Source: a virus (lineage: Duplodnaviria; Caudoviricetes). From it: 33,740 bases of DNA. Shown piece after piece: positions 9,249-17,655 of this stretch (position 1 is its first letter; the number at the start of each line of letters is the position of its first letter). The notes beneath the pieces are model-generated. The model worked only from the letters and a program-made list of their open reading frames with translations. It was not told where the DNA came from and ran no database searches. The position numbers were made by a program, and so were the translations under genes. The stretch lies in IMG/VR virus record IMGVR_UViG_3300006854_000237, positions 1 to 33,740 of that record, one strand, 5' to 3'.

Positions 9249-10324
9249 TGCCATTCGTGAAGTTGGACTGCGGGATCATCGACTCCTCGCTCTGGCTCGA
9301 CCGCGATGTGCGCTCGCTGTTCATCACGGCGCTCGTCATGGCGGACCCGTACGAGCTGTCACGGCCGGCCGAGGCGCTCGATCTCAAGACGATGGAGCCG
9401 ACCGGGTTCGTCGTCCCGCCGGGCAACTACGGCTTCGTCCGCGCGTCGGGCGGGGCGATCGTCCGCGCCGATGGCTGTTCGAAGGAGGCGGGCGCGGCCG
9501 CGCTCAAGGCGCTGAGCGAGCCCGACCTTGACAGCCGCTCCTCGGACTTCGAGGGCCGGCGGATGGTGCGGGTCGATGGTGGCTTCATCGTGCTCAATTA
9601 CTGGCGCTACCGCATGAAGGATCACTCGGCTGCCGAGCGGATGCGCCGGATGCGTGAGCGCCAAAGAGACACCGAAGATCCGGCGTTACGCGTAACGCCC
9701 CGTAACGTTACGCATTCTGCATCTGCATCTGCTTCTTCTTCTGGTAGTTCTAGTTCTGAAGAACTACAGAACTCTGAAGTGAAAGAGCTGCGGGCTGATC
9801 TTCAGCTCGCTGTCTTGCACTTCGTGACCGAGTTCGATTTCAACCCCTACCTCGCCGACGTGACCGGGCTGTTGCGCTCGACCCGGAACCCGCTGTCGGT
9901 GATGGGCGTGCTCCGCCGGCACCTCGTCGGCATGGACGTGCCGGTGCGGACGCCGCGCGAGGTGGGGCTCGCGGTGCAGGAGTACAACGCCACGGGGGAG
10001 GAGCAGTTCAAGCCGATGCTGTTTGCCGGCTTCCTGCGGAAAGCGCCGGAGATCGAGCAGCGGCAGCGGGGGAACGCGGCGCGGCGGCGGGAGGAGCAGG
10101 GGATCGTCGAGGCCGGTGAGTATCAACGCATCGCGCAGCGCGAGGTGGAGGAGGCAGAGATCGCCGTGAACGCCTTCGCCGCCGCGCACCCCGATCGGTA
10201 TGCCGAGCTGCGACTGGAGGCGGAGCGGGATGTCGAGTTGCCGGCGGGCCAGTTCCGCGATGCGGTTGTCTTTGGCAAAGTGATCAACCTCGTCAGGCGG
10301 GAGACCCATGCCAGCACCGACTAG
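9248..10324 (+). CDS. Phage replication initiator / replisome organizer-like protein
   Basis: FVKLDCGIIDSSLW, PDLDSRSSDFEGRRMVRVDGGFIVLNYWRYR, AERMRRMRERQ, followed by a Ser-rich linker encoded by repeats. Confidence 0.75.
   Translation: MPFVKLDCGIIDSSLWLDRDVRSLFITALVMADPYELSRPAEALDLKTMEPTGFVVPPGNYGFVRASGGAIVRADGCSKEAGAAALKALSEPDLDSRSSDFEGRRMVRVDGGFIVLNYWRYRMKDHSAAERMRRMRERQRDTEDPALRVTPRNVTHSASASASSSGSSSSEELQNSEVKELRADLQLAVLHFVTEFDFNPYLADVTGLLRSTRNPLSVMGVLRRHLVGMDVPVRTPREVGLAVQEYNATGEEQFKPMLFAGFLRKAPEIEQRQRGNAARRREEQGIVEAGEYQRIAQREVEEAEIAVNAFAAAHPDRYAELRLEAERDVELPAGQFRDAVVFGKVINLVRRETHASTD
9682..9785. repeat. Putative replication origin inside the initiator gene: palindromic CGTAAC/GTTACG units plus AT-richer TCT repeats
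   Basis: Perfect palindromes GGCGTTACGCGTAACGCC (9682-9699) and CGTAACGTTACG (9701-9712), followed by TCTGCA/TCT repeats and a locally lower-GC tract. Confidence 0.6.
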
Positions 10325-10553
10325 GCTCGCGGTCCGGGCGCAGCACGACCCGATCGCGCGACGGATCGCGGCGTTCATCAACGAGCGCTTCGACGGCAAC
10401 ATCCTCGCGGCCAGCCGGGCGATCGGCTGCACACACAACCGACTCTGGCTGCCGGCGACCGGCCGGGCCAAACCCAGCATCGCCCTCCTCCAGCAGCTCG
10501 CCAAGTTTTCCGGGCGATCGGTGGACTGGTGGGTGAACGGAGATCCGACATGA
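10308..10553 (+). CDS. XRE/Cro-like HTH protein
   Basis: ILAASRAIGCTHNRLWLPATGRAKPSIALLQQLAKFSGRSVDWW resembles the HTH_XRE pattern; GGGAG RBS. Confidence 0.65.
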   Translation: MPAPTRLAVRAQHDPIARRIAAFINERFDGNILAASRAIGCTHNRLWLPATGRAKPSIALLQQLAKFSGRSVDWWVNGDPT

Positions 10554-11131
10554 CCGTTCGACTCGGCCCCAACTCTCCGCTGCTCACTAAGGGCGGCCGC
10601 AAGCGCTCGCTCGGCCCCGACGAGGCGAGCATTCAATCCGCGATCCTCGAAGCGTGCGTCGGCCCGGCCTTGCCCGGCGGGCCGCGCACGCTCACCTCGG
10701 GATTGCAGGCCAAGTTTCCTGAGCTGCACCTCCTCTACGCGATCAACCCCAACAAGGGCGGCCAGCGCTCCAAGGCGGCGCGCGGCCGGGCGAAGGCGAT
10801 GGGGCTCCTGCCCGGGATGCCAGACCTCCACCTCCCGATCATGCGCGGGCCGTTCTTGAGCCTGTACCTCGAAGTGAAACGCCCGGACGGGCGCGTGCAG
10901 TCGGGGCAGGAGACGATGCGACGCAATCTGGAACACATGGGCCATCTCGTGGCCGTGGTCCGGAGCGCGCAGCAGGGCGTCGACGTGCTCGTCGGGTACC
11001 TCGCGCTCCCCATGAACCGGCCGAGCCTCCGTCCGCTCGGCCCGAATACGTTAGGCGTGGCCGGCCAGACCGCACGCCTCGACCGGTGGCGCTACGAATG
11101 CGTCCTGCTCCTGAGCCCGGACTCGTACTGA
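10550..11131 (+). CDS. VRR-NUC family nuclease (Holliday-junction-resolvase-like)
   Basis: EASIQSAI...YAINPN...KAMGLLPGMPDL...LYLEVKRPDGRVQSGQ, a PD-(D/E)xK fold signature. Confidence 0.85.
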   Translation: MTVRLGPNSPLLTKGGRKRSLGPDEASIQSAILEACVGPALPGGPRTLTSGLQAKFPELHLLYAINPNKGGQRSKAARGRAKAMGLLPGMPDLHLPIMRGPFLSLYLEVKRPDGRVQSGQETMRRNLEHMGHLVAVVRSAQQGVDVLVGYLALPMNRPSLRPLGPNTLGVAGQTARLDRWRYECVLLLSPDSY

Positions 11132-12036
11132 TGCCTAACCACACCGACGCCGCACTTCGCGAGGCGGTCCAACTCCTCAAGGCGCACCCGGACTTCCGCG
11201 TGCTCCAGCGCTTCCAGCCGTACCCGAACTACAACGCCGCCGGGCTGACCCCGCCGGCCATCGCCTGCTTCATCGACGTCGAGACCACGGGGCTCGATAC
11301 CCTGACGGACCAGATCATCGAGCTGTCGGTCGTGCGTTTCAGCTTCGCCCCGGCGACGGGGGAGATCATCGACGTGCTCGACACATACGCGAGCTATGAA
11401 GACCCGGGGCGGAAGCTGCCGGCCGAGATCACCGAGAAGACCGGCATCCGCGACGCGGACATTGCCGGCCGGACGATCGACAGCGGGGTCGTCTCCTCGC
11501 TCGTGCGCGGGGCGGCGCTCCTGATCGCCCATAACGCGGACTTCGACCGCAAGATGTGGGAGCGGCGCTTCCCGCAGCACGTCGCAAAGCCGTGGGGCTG
11601 CTCCTACCGGGACGTGCCGTGGCGCGCGCACGGCTTCGACAGCCACAAGCTCCGCGTCCTGCTCGCCGACGTGTGCGATCTGTTCTACACGCCGCATCGG
11701 GCGATGGACGACGCGCTCGCGGCCGTGCACCTGCTGGCGATGGCGACGCTCGATGGCCGGCCGGCGTTCGCGCACCTGCTCGAACGTGCCCGGGAGACGA
11801 CCATCCGGATCTGGGCACTCAACTCGCCGTTCCACTTCAAGGACCAGCTCAAGGCGCGCGGCTACCGCTGGTCGTCCGGCGACGACGGGCGGCCCAAGGC
11901 ATGGTACCGCGACGTGCGGCCGGAGGAGGAGCTGACCGAGATGCAGTGGCTCGACGACAATGTCTACCTCGATGGGCACAATCGCGCGCGTCGCCAGCAG
12001 GTGACCGCGTGGGACCGCTACTCCGTGAGGGCCTGA
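11131..12036 (+). CDS. DEDDh 3'-5' exonuclease (DNA Pol III epsilon-like)
   Basis: IDVETTGL (ExoI), IAHNADFDR (ExoII), HRAMDDALA (ExoIII); C-terminal KDQLKARGYRW motif. Confidence 0.92.
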   Translation: MPNHTDAALREAVQLLKAHPDFRVLQRFQPYPNYNAAGLTPPAIACFIDVETTGLDTLTDQIIELSVVRFSFAPATGEIIDVLDTYASYEDPGRKLPAEITEKTGIRDADIAGRTIDSGVVSSLVRGAALLIAHNADFDRKMWERRFPQHVAKPWGCSYRDVPWRAHGFDSHKLRVLLADVCDLFYTPHRAMDDALAAVHLLAMATLDGRPAFAHLLERARETTIRIWALNSPFHFKDQLKARGYRWSSGDDGRPKAWYRDVRPEEELTEMQWLDDNVYLDGHNRARRQQVTAWDRYSVRA

Positions 12037-12281
12037 TGCCTGAAATGTCCGACCGGGAGCGCGCCGCGCTCGCCGTCTCCTGCCCCCGCTGCGGCGCGGC
12101 CGAGGGGGAGCTGTGTCACCGGCTCTGCTGCATGGGCACGCCCCTCCCCAACCCCGCGCTCAACGACCCCAAGCTTCGACTGGCCTGCCATCCGCAGCGC
12201 CATGCCGCTAGGTTGGGCGATGGCACTCGGGCCGCCGATGGAGAGTTATCGTCAAGGGATCTCTCCGCACCCTTTGTCTGA
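12036..12281 (+). CDS. Small Zn-finger hypothetical protein
   Basis: TGATG overlap; ALAVSCPRCGAAEGELC...HPQR. Confidence 0.6.
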   Translation: MPEMSDRERAALAVSCPRCGAAEGELCHRLCCMGTPLPNPALNDPKLRLACHPQRHAARLGDGTRAADGELSSRDLSAPFV

Positions 12282-12320
12282 GATGCCCCGCCGCGCTCGC
12301 GGCGTCGCGCCCAAACGACG

Positions 12321-12361
12321 AACGCCCCCTGCTCCATGTCGGAGTAGGGGGCGTTGCTTTT
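12321..12361 (+). terminator. Intrinsic terminator between convergent operons
   Basis: 15-bp stem AACGCCCCCTGCTCC / GGAGTAGGGGGCGTT (one G-U pair), 5-nt loop, followed by GCTTTT. Confidence 0.8.
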
Positions 12362-12451
12362 GAGGCCGCTGCGGGGCTCCTAGACAGAAACGCCCCAGAG
12401 CCGAAGCTCTGAGGCGCTCTGTCCCGTTTCGCCAACCTTCCCCTCCGGCCA

Positions 12452-12748
12452 TCACCCGGAGGATGGAGTCCGTGCTCGCAAGCTACGCGCCGCGCGGATG
12501 CGATTCAAGACGGATCTCGGAATCTGGACCTCGGCGTTCTCCCAGCGACGCCATGTCCGGGCGGAGCAGCCGTACCACTCGGCGGCCTCCACCTGCGTCC
12601 AATCCCGGTCGAGCCGGAAGGTGAGCACGGCGAACGAGCCGCTCTCGTGGATGCCACGGATGCGCGCCGCGTCGTCGAGGAACGCGCGAGTGCCGGCCTT
12701 GAGCATCCGGCGCTTCACGCGGGGGCGGGTGGCGGGGTTGGTGGGCAT
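12452..12748 (-). CDS. XRE-family HTH transcriptional regulator
   Basis: FRLDRDWTQVEAAEWYGCSARTWRRWENAEVQIP. Confidence 0.8.
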   Translation of the reverse strand: MPTNPATRPRVKRRMLKAGTRAFLDDAARIRGIHESGSFAVLTFRLDRDWTQVEAAEWYGCSARTWRRWENAEVQIPRSVLNRIRAARSLRARTPSSG

Positions 12749-12749
12749 C

Positions 12750-13130
12750 CTAGTTCTGCTCCGGTGCTGAGGCGCGCAGGGCGGCATCGTGCGCGCCGGT
12801 GAGGAGGCCGTTCCTGATGAACTGCTCGACCGCGCTCAGGTGCTCGCCCATGCGGTGGGCGATGGCGACGATCCGCTCCGTCTCGTCGACCGTGAACTTC
12901 TGCCGGAAGTCGGCGATCAGCTCCGCGTTCGGCGCGAGGAGAACGTGGGTCGCGTCTTCGCCGACCGGCTGGAGCGCGGCGCAGAGGAGCGCGAGCCCGT
13001 ACCGTAGGCGGTGATGGCCTTGGGGCTCCGCGTCCATGCCGTCCACCAGAAACGGGAGGAGCGGGGGCATCTCGGCCGCGAGCAGGTTGGTGATGACGGC
13101 CGCCGAGATTTGGTGACAGTGAAAGCACAT
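12750..13130 (-). CDS. Hypothetical protein
   Basis: GGAGGTG RBS before MCFHCHQ; good codon usage. Confidence 0.7.
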   Translation of the reverse strand: MCFHCHQISAAVITNLLAAEMPPLLPFLVDGMDAEPQGHHRLRYGLALLCAALQPVGEDATHVLLAPNAELIADFRQKFTVDETERIVAIAHRMGEHLSAVEQFIRNGLLTGAHDAALRASAPEQN

Positions 13131-13149
13131 GGCTGGGCACCTCCGGTGC

Positions 13150-13416
13150 CTAACGGGTTCCATTGGCGAAGTAGACCTTGCCGGCCGGGTACACCTCGAC
13201 CTCGCCGCTCGGCAGGAAGGACGCGAGGGGCAGAAAGGCGTCCGCCGCTGCGTGCTCGCGGAGAACGGCGTAGTGATTCGAGGGCATCACGCGATAACGC
13301 ACGTCGCCGCCCTCGGTGGTGCGACAGACGGTCTGGGCCTCGCCCTCGCGGCGCGCGAGGCCGGCAGCGGTCACGCAGGCGAGGCCCATTGTGGTGTAGG
13401 TGGGGTCAGTCATCAA
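13150..13416 (-). CDS. Hypothetical protein
   Basis: 88 aa; start overlaps the upstream stop. Confidence 0.6.
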   Translation of the reverse strand: MMTDPTYTTMGLACVTAAGLARREGEAQTVCRTTEGGDVRYRVMPSNHYAVLREHAAADAFLPLASFLPSGEVEVYPAGKVYFANGTR

Positions 13417-13979
13417 CGACGCTCCATTCCTTCGATTCTTTTCAGCATCTCCTCCAGCGATGCCCCGGCCGACAGGCCCAGCGCCTCTCGCAGTCGGTCC
13501 CGTTCGCTGAGCGCCCGATCAAGCAACGTCGCGTTTGTGGAACGTGAAGCCTCCGCCTGCCGAAAGTTCTCTTGCAGTCGGTCCCGTTCTGCGGTGAGGC
13601 GGGCGCGGGCCTTGGCGAAGTTCTCTCCATCCTTCAGCCATTCCGCTTGTTTCTCCGCCAACTCTGCTTCGAGGCGGGCGACCGTGGCGAGAATCTCGCC
13701 AATTGCTGGGCGTAACTCCTCAGCCTTGCCGTCAGGTGGTAGGCCAAGTTCTTCTGCCGCGCCTTTCGCGATGCCGAGCCAGAAGTGGTACCGCTCTGTC
13801 ATCAGAGCAAGGTTGCGAGCGACAACCGGCGTCTCTCCCTCGGTGTCGGGGGCCGCGCGGGGCGAACGCATGACATGAACCCACGAACCGCCGTCAACGC
13901 CACTCGGCGCTCGTTCGTTGCCGCACCGTGGACAAATCGTTCCATCGGGCAGCAGTGCGTCTGGGCATCGCTCACTCAT
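13413..13979 (-). CDS. Hypothetical protein with N-terminal Zn-finger-like motif and coiled coil
   Basis: GGAGAGG RBS before MSERCPD; CPRCG; heptad-like LTAERDRL / LSERDRL repeats; lower GC than flanks. Confidence 0.6.
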   Translation of the reverse strand: MSERCPDALLPDGTICPRCGNERAPSGVDGGSWVHVMRSPRAAPDTEGETPVVARNLALMTERYHFWLGIAKGAAEELGLPPDGKAEELRPAIGEILATVARLEAELAEKQAEWLKDGENFAKARARLTAERDRLQENFRQAEASRSTNATLLDRALSERDRLREALGLSAGASLEEMLKRIEGMERR

Positions 13980-14511
13980 GGTCCTCTCCGGGAAAGGCGA
14001 GACGGGCGGCGGCCCACGTCGGAGCGATCGTATCGGCAAAGCGACGCAGATCGCGCAGTGCGTGAACGGCTACGTGATAGGCTTCGTCGTACTCCTCGCT
14101 CGCCTCGCGTGCGGGCTTGTGATCGAGCGAGAGCAACCGATCGAACTTCGCGCAGCAGCGGCGCAGCCATGCACCCGGCCCGATCTCCCGTTCTCTGTCG
14201 CTGCGGTCGTCGGGGTGGGAGGCGAGACGGGATTCCAGCGAAGCGATGTAGTCCGCGAGCGCGTTGCTCGCGAGATCGAACTTGAGTATGGAATCCTCAT
14301 CGGCAGCTTCGGCAATGAGACGAGCCAGAAGGGCTTGCGCTTCCGCGCTCGGGGCGGTGGGCGGGGTCCACCGCTGCTCTCCGCACCGGCACTGCTGCCC
14401 GACCGCCGGGTTGTCCTCCTCGCCGGCCACGGCAAACACATGAGAGTCGCGCGTGCATCCGAAGACGCCGTCGATCCGCGCGGAGCCTGCGGTCTGAATG
14501 GTGTTAGGCAT
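13972..14511 (-). CDS. Hypothetical protein
   Basis: GGAGGG RBS before MPNTIQTAG; overlaps neighbours at both ends. Confidence 0.6.
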   Translation of the reverse strand: MPNTIQTAGSARIDGVFGCTRDSHVFAVAGEEDNPAVGQQCRCGEQRWTPPTAPSAEAQALLARLIAEAADEDSILKFDLASNALADYIASLESRLASHPDDRSDREREIGPGAWLRRCCAKFDRLLSLDHKPAREASEEYDEAYHVAVHALRDLRRFADTIAPTWAAARLAFPGEDHE

Positions 14512-14986
14512 GGTTCCCTCCGGCGGTGCGGCCTCGCGTCGCGAGTTGCGGGTAAGCCTTCGGCGTGAAGCCGAGGCGCTGCGCGGCGGCGCGGCGGACG
14601 TCCGCGATCGCCGAGGACGACATCTTGAGCATCTTGGCGATCTCGCCGATCCCGCGCCCCTCGCACGCGAGCGTGAGGACCGTGCGTTCCTGCGCCGGCA
14701 GGAGCTGGCCGTGCTCGGCGAGGGCGGTCCGCAGCTCCTCGCGGCTAGCGCCGAGCGAGCCGACTTTCGAGTAGCCGTGGGCGCGCGCCTGCGGCCGTTT
14801 ACCGTTCGTGGGCTCAGCCTCCGGCGCGGGCTCCGGCGTGTGCGCCTCCAGCGCTTCGCCGAGGCGGGTGAGGGTGAGCTGGTCGCGGACGACGATCGTG
14901 TCCTTCTCCAGCGCGGCGTCGAAGCGGAGGTAGAACTCGCGCCCGCCGATGCGGGCGATCGTGAGGGTCTCGACAGCGATTGGCAT
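14504..14986 (-). CDS. Protein with C-terminal LuxR / sigma70 region-4 type HTH
   Basis: LLPAQERTVLTLACEGRGIGEIAKMLKMSSSAIADVRRAAAQRLG; GGAG RBS. Confidence 0.75.
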   Translation of the reverse strand: MPIAVETLTIARIGGREFYLRFDAALEKDTIVVRDQLTLTRLGEALEAHTPEPAPEAEPTNGKRPQARAHGYSKVGSLGASREELRTALAEHGQLLPAQERTVLTLACEGRGIGEIAKMLKMSSSAIADVRRAAAQRLGFTPKAYPQLATRGRTAGGNHA

Positions 14987-15016
14987 GTGGATAGACTCCG
15001 GTGATGGTGGTGGTCG

Positions 15017-15268
15017 TTAGGTGGGACGGGAACGGCGACGTAACGCCCGCTGCGTCCGGCTGATCTTGGCGCGGCGGTCGATCTCCTCGATGGGGAGGGC
15101 GGCGATGGCATCGTACTCCTGCACGCGCCCAACGACCGACAAGGCGAGCAGTCGGTCGTCAGGCGCGGTGGCGAGGCGTCGGGCGGCATCGAGCACGCGG
15201 TCCCGCGCCCACGCGAGCCGCTCGGCGAGGAGCGGGGCGTGGGCTTGGTAGTAGCGCTCGGCGGCCAT
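15017..15268 (-). CDS. Hypothetical protein
   Basis: ATG 1 nt after the upstream stop; 83 aa. Confidence 0.6.
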   Translation of the reverse strand: MAAERYYQAHAPLLAERLAWARDRVLDAARRLATAPDDRLLALSVVGRVQEYDAIAALPIEEIDRRAKISRTQRALRRRSRPT

Positions 15269-15269
15269 G

Positions 15270-16142
15270 TTACAGCAGCGCCGGCTCGGGCTCCGCGACG
15301 AGCGGCAGTTCGGGCTGAGCGATCCGCTCGCCCAGCTTCTGGAGCAACAGCTCCTCGGCCTCGTCGATCGCCGACGTCAGGATCGACGCCTGCGTGCCGA
15401 CGAGCGTGGCGTACGCGCCGACCCGGTCGCGCAGCTCGGCCACGCGGGTGATGCGCCGGCTCTTGACGTCGGCGCGGATGCCCTTCTCGTGCAGTTCCGC
15501 GACGGCGGTCTTCAGCTCACCGATCTGCTTGAGCATGTAGTCGGTGATGACGTTGGCGATCGACTCGTCCGTGCCGTGCCCGATCGTGCAGGCGAAGCTG
15601 GAGAGCGAGCCGCCGATCGCGTCGAGGATCACGTCCATCTGCCCGATGACGGTGGAGCCGGCGGGAATGAAGTACGCCCCGCCCTGCTCGCGCACCGGGA
15701 TCAGGTCGGAGCCCGCGCCCGAGACCACGCGCTGGAGCACGCGGGTGACGTCCGAGGCGGTGCGGGTCGAGTCGATCAGCTTGGCGCTATCATCGAGCGT
15801 GAGCGCGAGCGCCGGGTCGTCGGTCGTGAGTTTGCCGGTCGCGTCGTCGTACTCGATGCCGGCCTCGCGTGTGTAGGTGAGCGTGACGCCGGTGCCGCTG
15901 CCGTCCTCGCGGGTGATCTGGCGGATCTTGGTGGCGACGGGGCGCGCCAGCTTCTTTGTATCCTTCGTGCTGCCCTGCTTCGCGACGTGGCCGGCGGTGC
16001 GGGCGACGATCGAGCGGGGCAGGAGATCCGGCGCGAACTCGTCGGGCTTCAGTCCGGCGAGGGTGAGGCCGGCGCGGAGGTCGGCGAGCTGCACGGTGGC
16101 CGGGGTGGACCACGAGACGATGAAACCGATGGGTGTGTTCAC
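15270..16142 (-). CDS. Conserved hypothetical protein associated with AAA/VWA pairs (DUF3150/DUF6744-like)
   Basis: GFIVSWS...LRAGLTLAGL...IPVREQGGAYFIP, then a C-terminal helical bundle; GTGA-coupled to the VWA gene. Family assignment is from recollection of the pattern. Confidence 0.55.
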   Translation of the reverse strand: MNTPIGFIVSWSTPATVQLADLRAGLTLAGLKPDEFAPDLLPRSIVARTAGHVAKQGSTKDTKKLARPVATKIRQITREDGSGTGVTLTYTREAGIEYDDATGKLTTDDPALALTLDDSAKLIDSTRTASDVTRVLQRVVSGAGSDLIPVREQGGAYFIPAGSTVIGQMDVILDAIGGSLSSFACTIGHGTDESIANVITDYMLKQIGELKTAVAELHEKGIRADVKSRRITRVAELRDRVGAYATLVGTQASILTSAIDEAEELLLQKLGERIAQPELPLVAEPEPALL

Positions 16143-17512
16143 AGGGACTCCGTGGAGGTGGGTCCGATGCTCAGGATGACATCGAGGCCCGGTTGGTTGA
16201 GGTCGAGCGATGGGATGGTCCAGACGCCTGCGTCACAGAAGCGCTGGAGCGTCGGGGCTTTGCGGACCTCGACGCCAATGCCGAACGTGCGGACGTGCAT
16301 CTGCTTCGCCCACGCGCGGTAGCTCGTGAGTAACTCGTCAGGCAGGCCGACGTCGTCGTCGGTGATGATGATGTGATCCGCGCGCGCGCCGACTGGCCCC
16401 TTCGGCCATGCCGTCGTCGGGAGCGTGTGGAGCGGCCCGTCGAGCGAGGTGCCGCCCGAGTAGAACGCGGTGAGCCACTCGATGATCGCGTCGGGGCTCG
16501 CCGTGTGATCGACGACGCGGATCTCCGGGGTGCCCGAGAACGCGGAGAGCGCGAACGGCCGCTTTTGCGCGCGGGCGATCGAGGCCATCGCAAGGCAGAG
16601 CCCTTTGGCGGCTTCGATCTTCTCACCGGTCATCGAGCCTGACTCGTCGAGCGAGACGACGATCGGCCCCATCGCCACCGGGCTGCGCGTGATCCGTCGA
16701 TAGGATAATGCGCGCCGATTGGCGAGTCGGTGCATCGCGAGCAACTCCAGCTCAGGGACCGCGCCAGCGACCAGCCCGGCCTCGATCGGGAGCATCCGCG
16801 CGAGATCGCCGGACAGCTCGATGCCGGTAATCTCCATGCCGGGCAGGTCCGTGCGCTCGCGCTGGAGGCGCTGGGCCTTGGCGATGAACCGCCCCGCGAG
16901 CCGCATAATGTTCACGAGGTTCGGCTGTGCCCGGAGCCGGCGCGTGTAGCCGGCCAGCTTGTTGCCGTCGAGCCCGAGCCCGGAGCCGAGCCCGAGCCCT
17001 GCGCCGATCGCCTCGGCCGCGTCAGCCGCGTCGGCCGCCTGCTTGAGCGCCTCGCGCGTCGACCGCATCCGGGCGATCGAGTCCTGTGCCGATTCGGTCT
17101 CGGGGTCGGTCGGCTTGGGGTGCTCGGCGACGTACGCATTCCACTGCTGCGCCAGCTCGCCCGAGGCGATCTCCGCGAGCGCCGGCTGGCCGATCGTGCG
17201 CGCCCGGAGCGCGTTGCACTCGGGCGCGGCGAGCAACTGCTGCCACCACTGCGCCCGGTTGACGTCGGCGGGGCGCTCGGCCGGTGTGGGGTTGGGCGAG
17301 AGCAGGGTCTCGATCGCGTCGGCCGCGACGAGCGGGTCGGCGCTCTCGACGCCGGCCTCGGTCCATGTGTCCGCGAGGCGCGCGCCGGCCCGCTTGGTCC
17401 AGCGGTCCGTGTCGAGCACCGTGGGTGACTCCTCGACCGGAGCGGTGAAGCGGGCCACGTCGCCCGCTGCCGCCTGACCGTCGCCGAGGAGGGTCTTGAG
17501 ATCGTCGCTCAT
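16139..17512 (-). CDS. VWA-domain protein (ViaA/CoxE-like partner of MoxR AAA+)
   Basis: GIELSGDLARMLPIE; MIDAS GPIVVSLDESGSM...GGTSL...IIITDD. Confidence 0.9.
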   Translation of the reverse strand: MSDDLKTLLGDGQAAAGDVARFTAPVEESPTVLDTDRWTKRAGARLADTWTEAGVESADPLVAADAIETLLSPNPTPAERPADVNRAQWWQQLLAAPECNALRARTIGQPALAEIASGELAQQWNAYVAEHPKPTDPETESAQDSIARMRSTREALKQAADAADAAEAIGAGLGLGSGLGLDGNKLAGYTRRLRAQPNLVNIMRLAGRFIAKAQRLQRERTDLPGMEITGIELSGDLARMLPIEAGLVAGAVPELELLAMHRLANRRALSYRRITRSPVAMGPIVVSLDESGSMTGEKIEAAKGLCLAMASIARAQKRPFALSAFSGTPEIRVVDHTASPDAIIEWLTAFYSGGTSLDGPLHTLPTTAWPKGPVGARADHIIITDDDVGLPDELLTSYRAWAKQMHVRTFGIGVEVRKAPTLQRFCDAGVWTIPSLDLNQPGLDVILSIGPTSTESL

Positions 17513-17655
17513 GTGGGCCTGATCCAGTGTGAGGAAAGCAGGATTAGGGAGGATGGGCCGGAACTGTTAAGTCCACGTAACTCGCCCGCGTTGCCCGAGG
17601 GCTGCGGTGGTTGTTCCGTCTTCCTTGACGCCCGTGTACTCCCCAACCCGCTCAT
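17509..17655 (-). CDS. Possible 48-aa small protein coupled between the AAA and VWA genes
   Basis: ATGA overlaps at both ends (with the AAA stop and the VWA start); atypical lower-GC codons. Confidence 0.4.
   Translation of the reverse strand: MSGLGSTRASRKTEQPPQPSGNAGELRGLNSSGPSSLILLSSHWIRPT

Noticed and set aside
16970-16999. GAGCCC tandem repeats in the VWA gene
   Set aside because: They simply encode a GLGLGSGLGL linker; in-frame and short.
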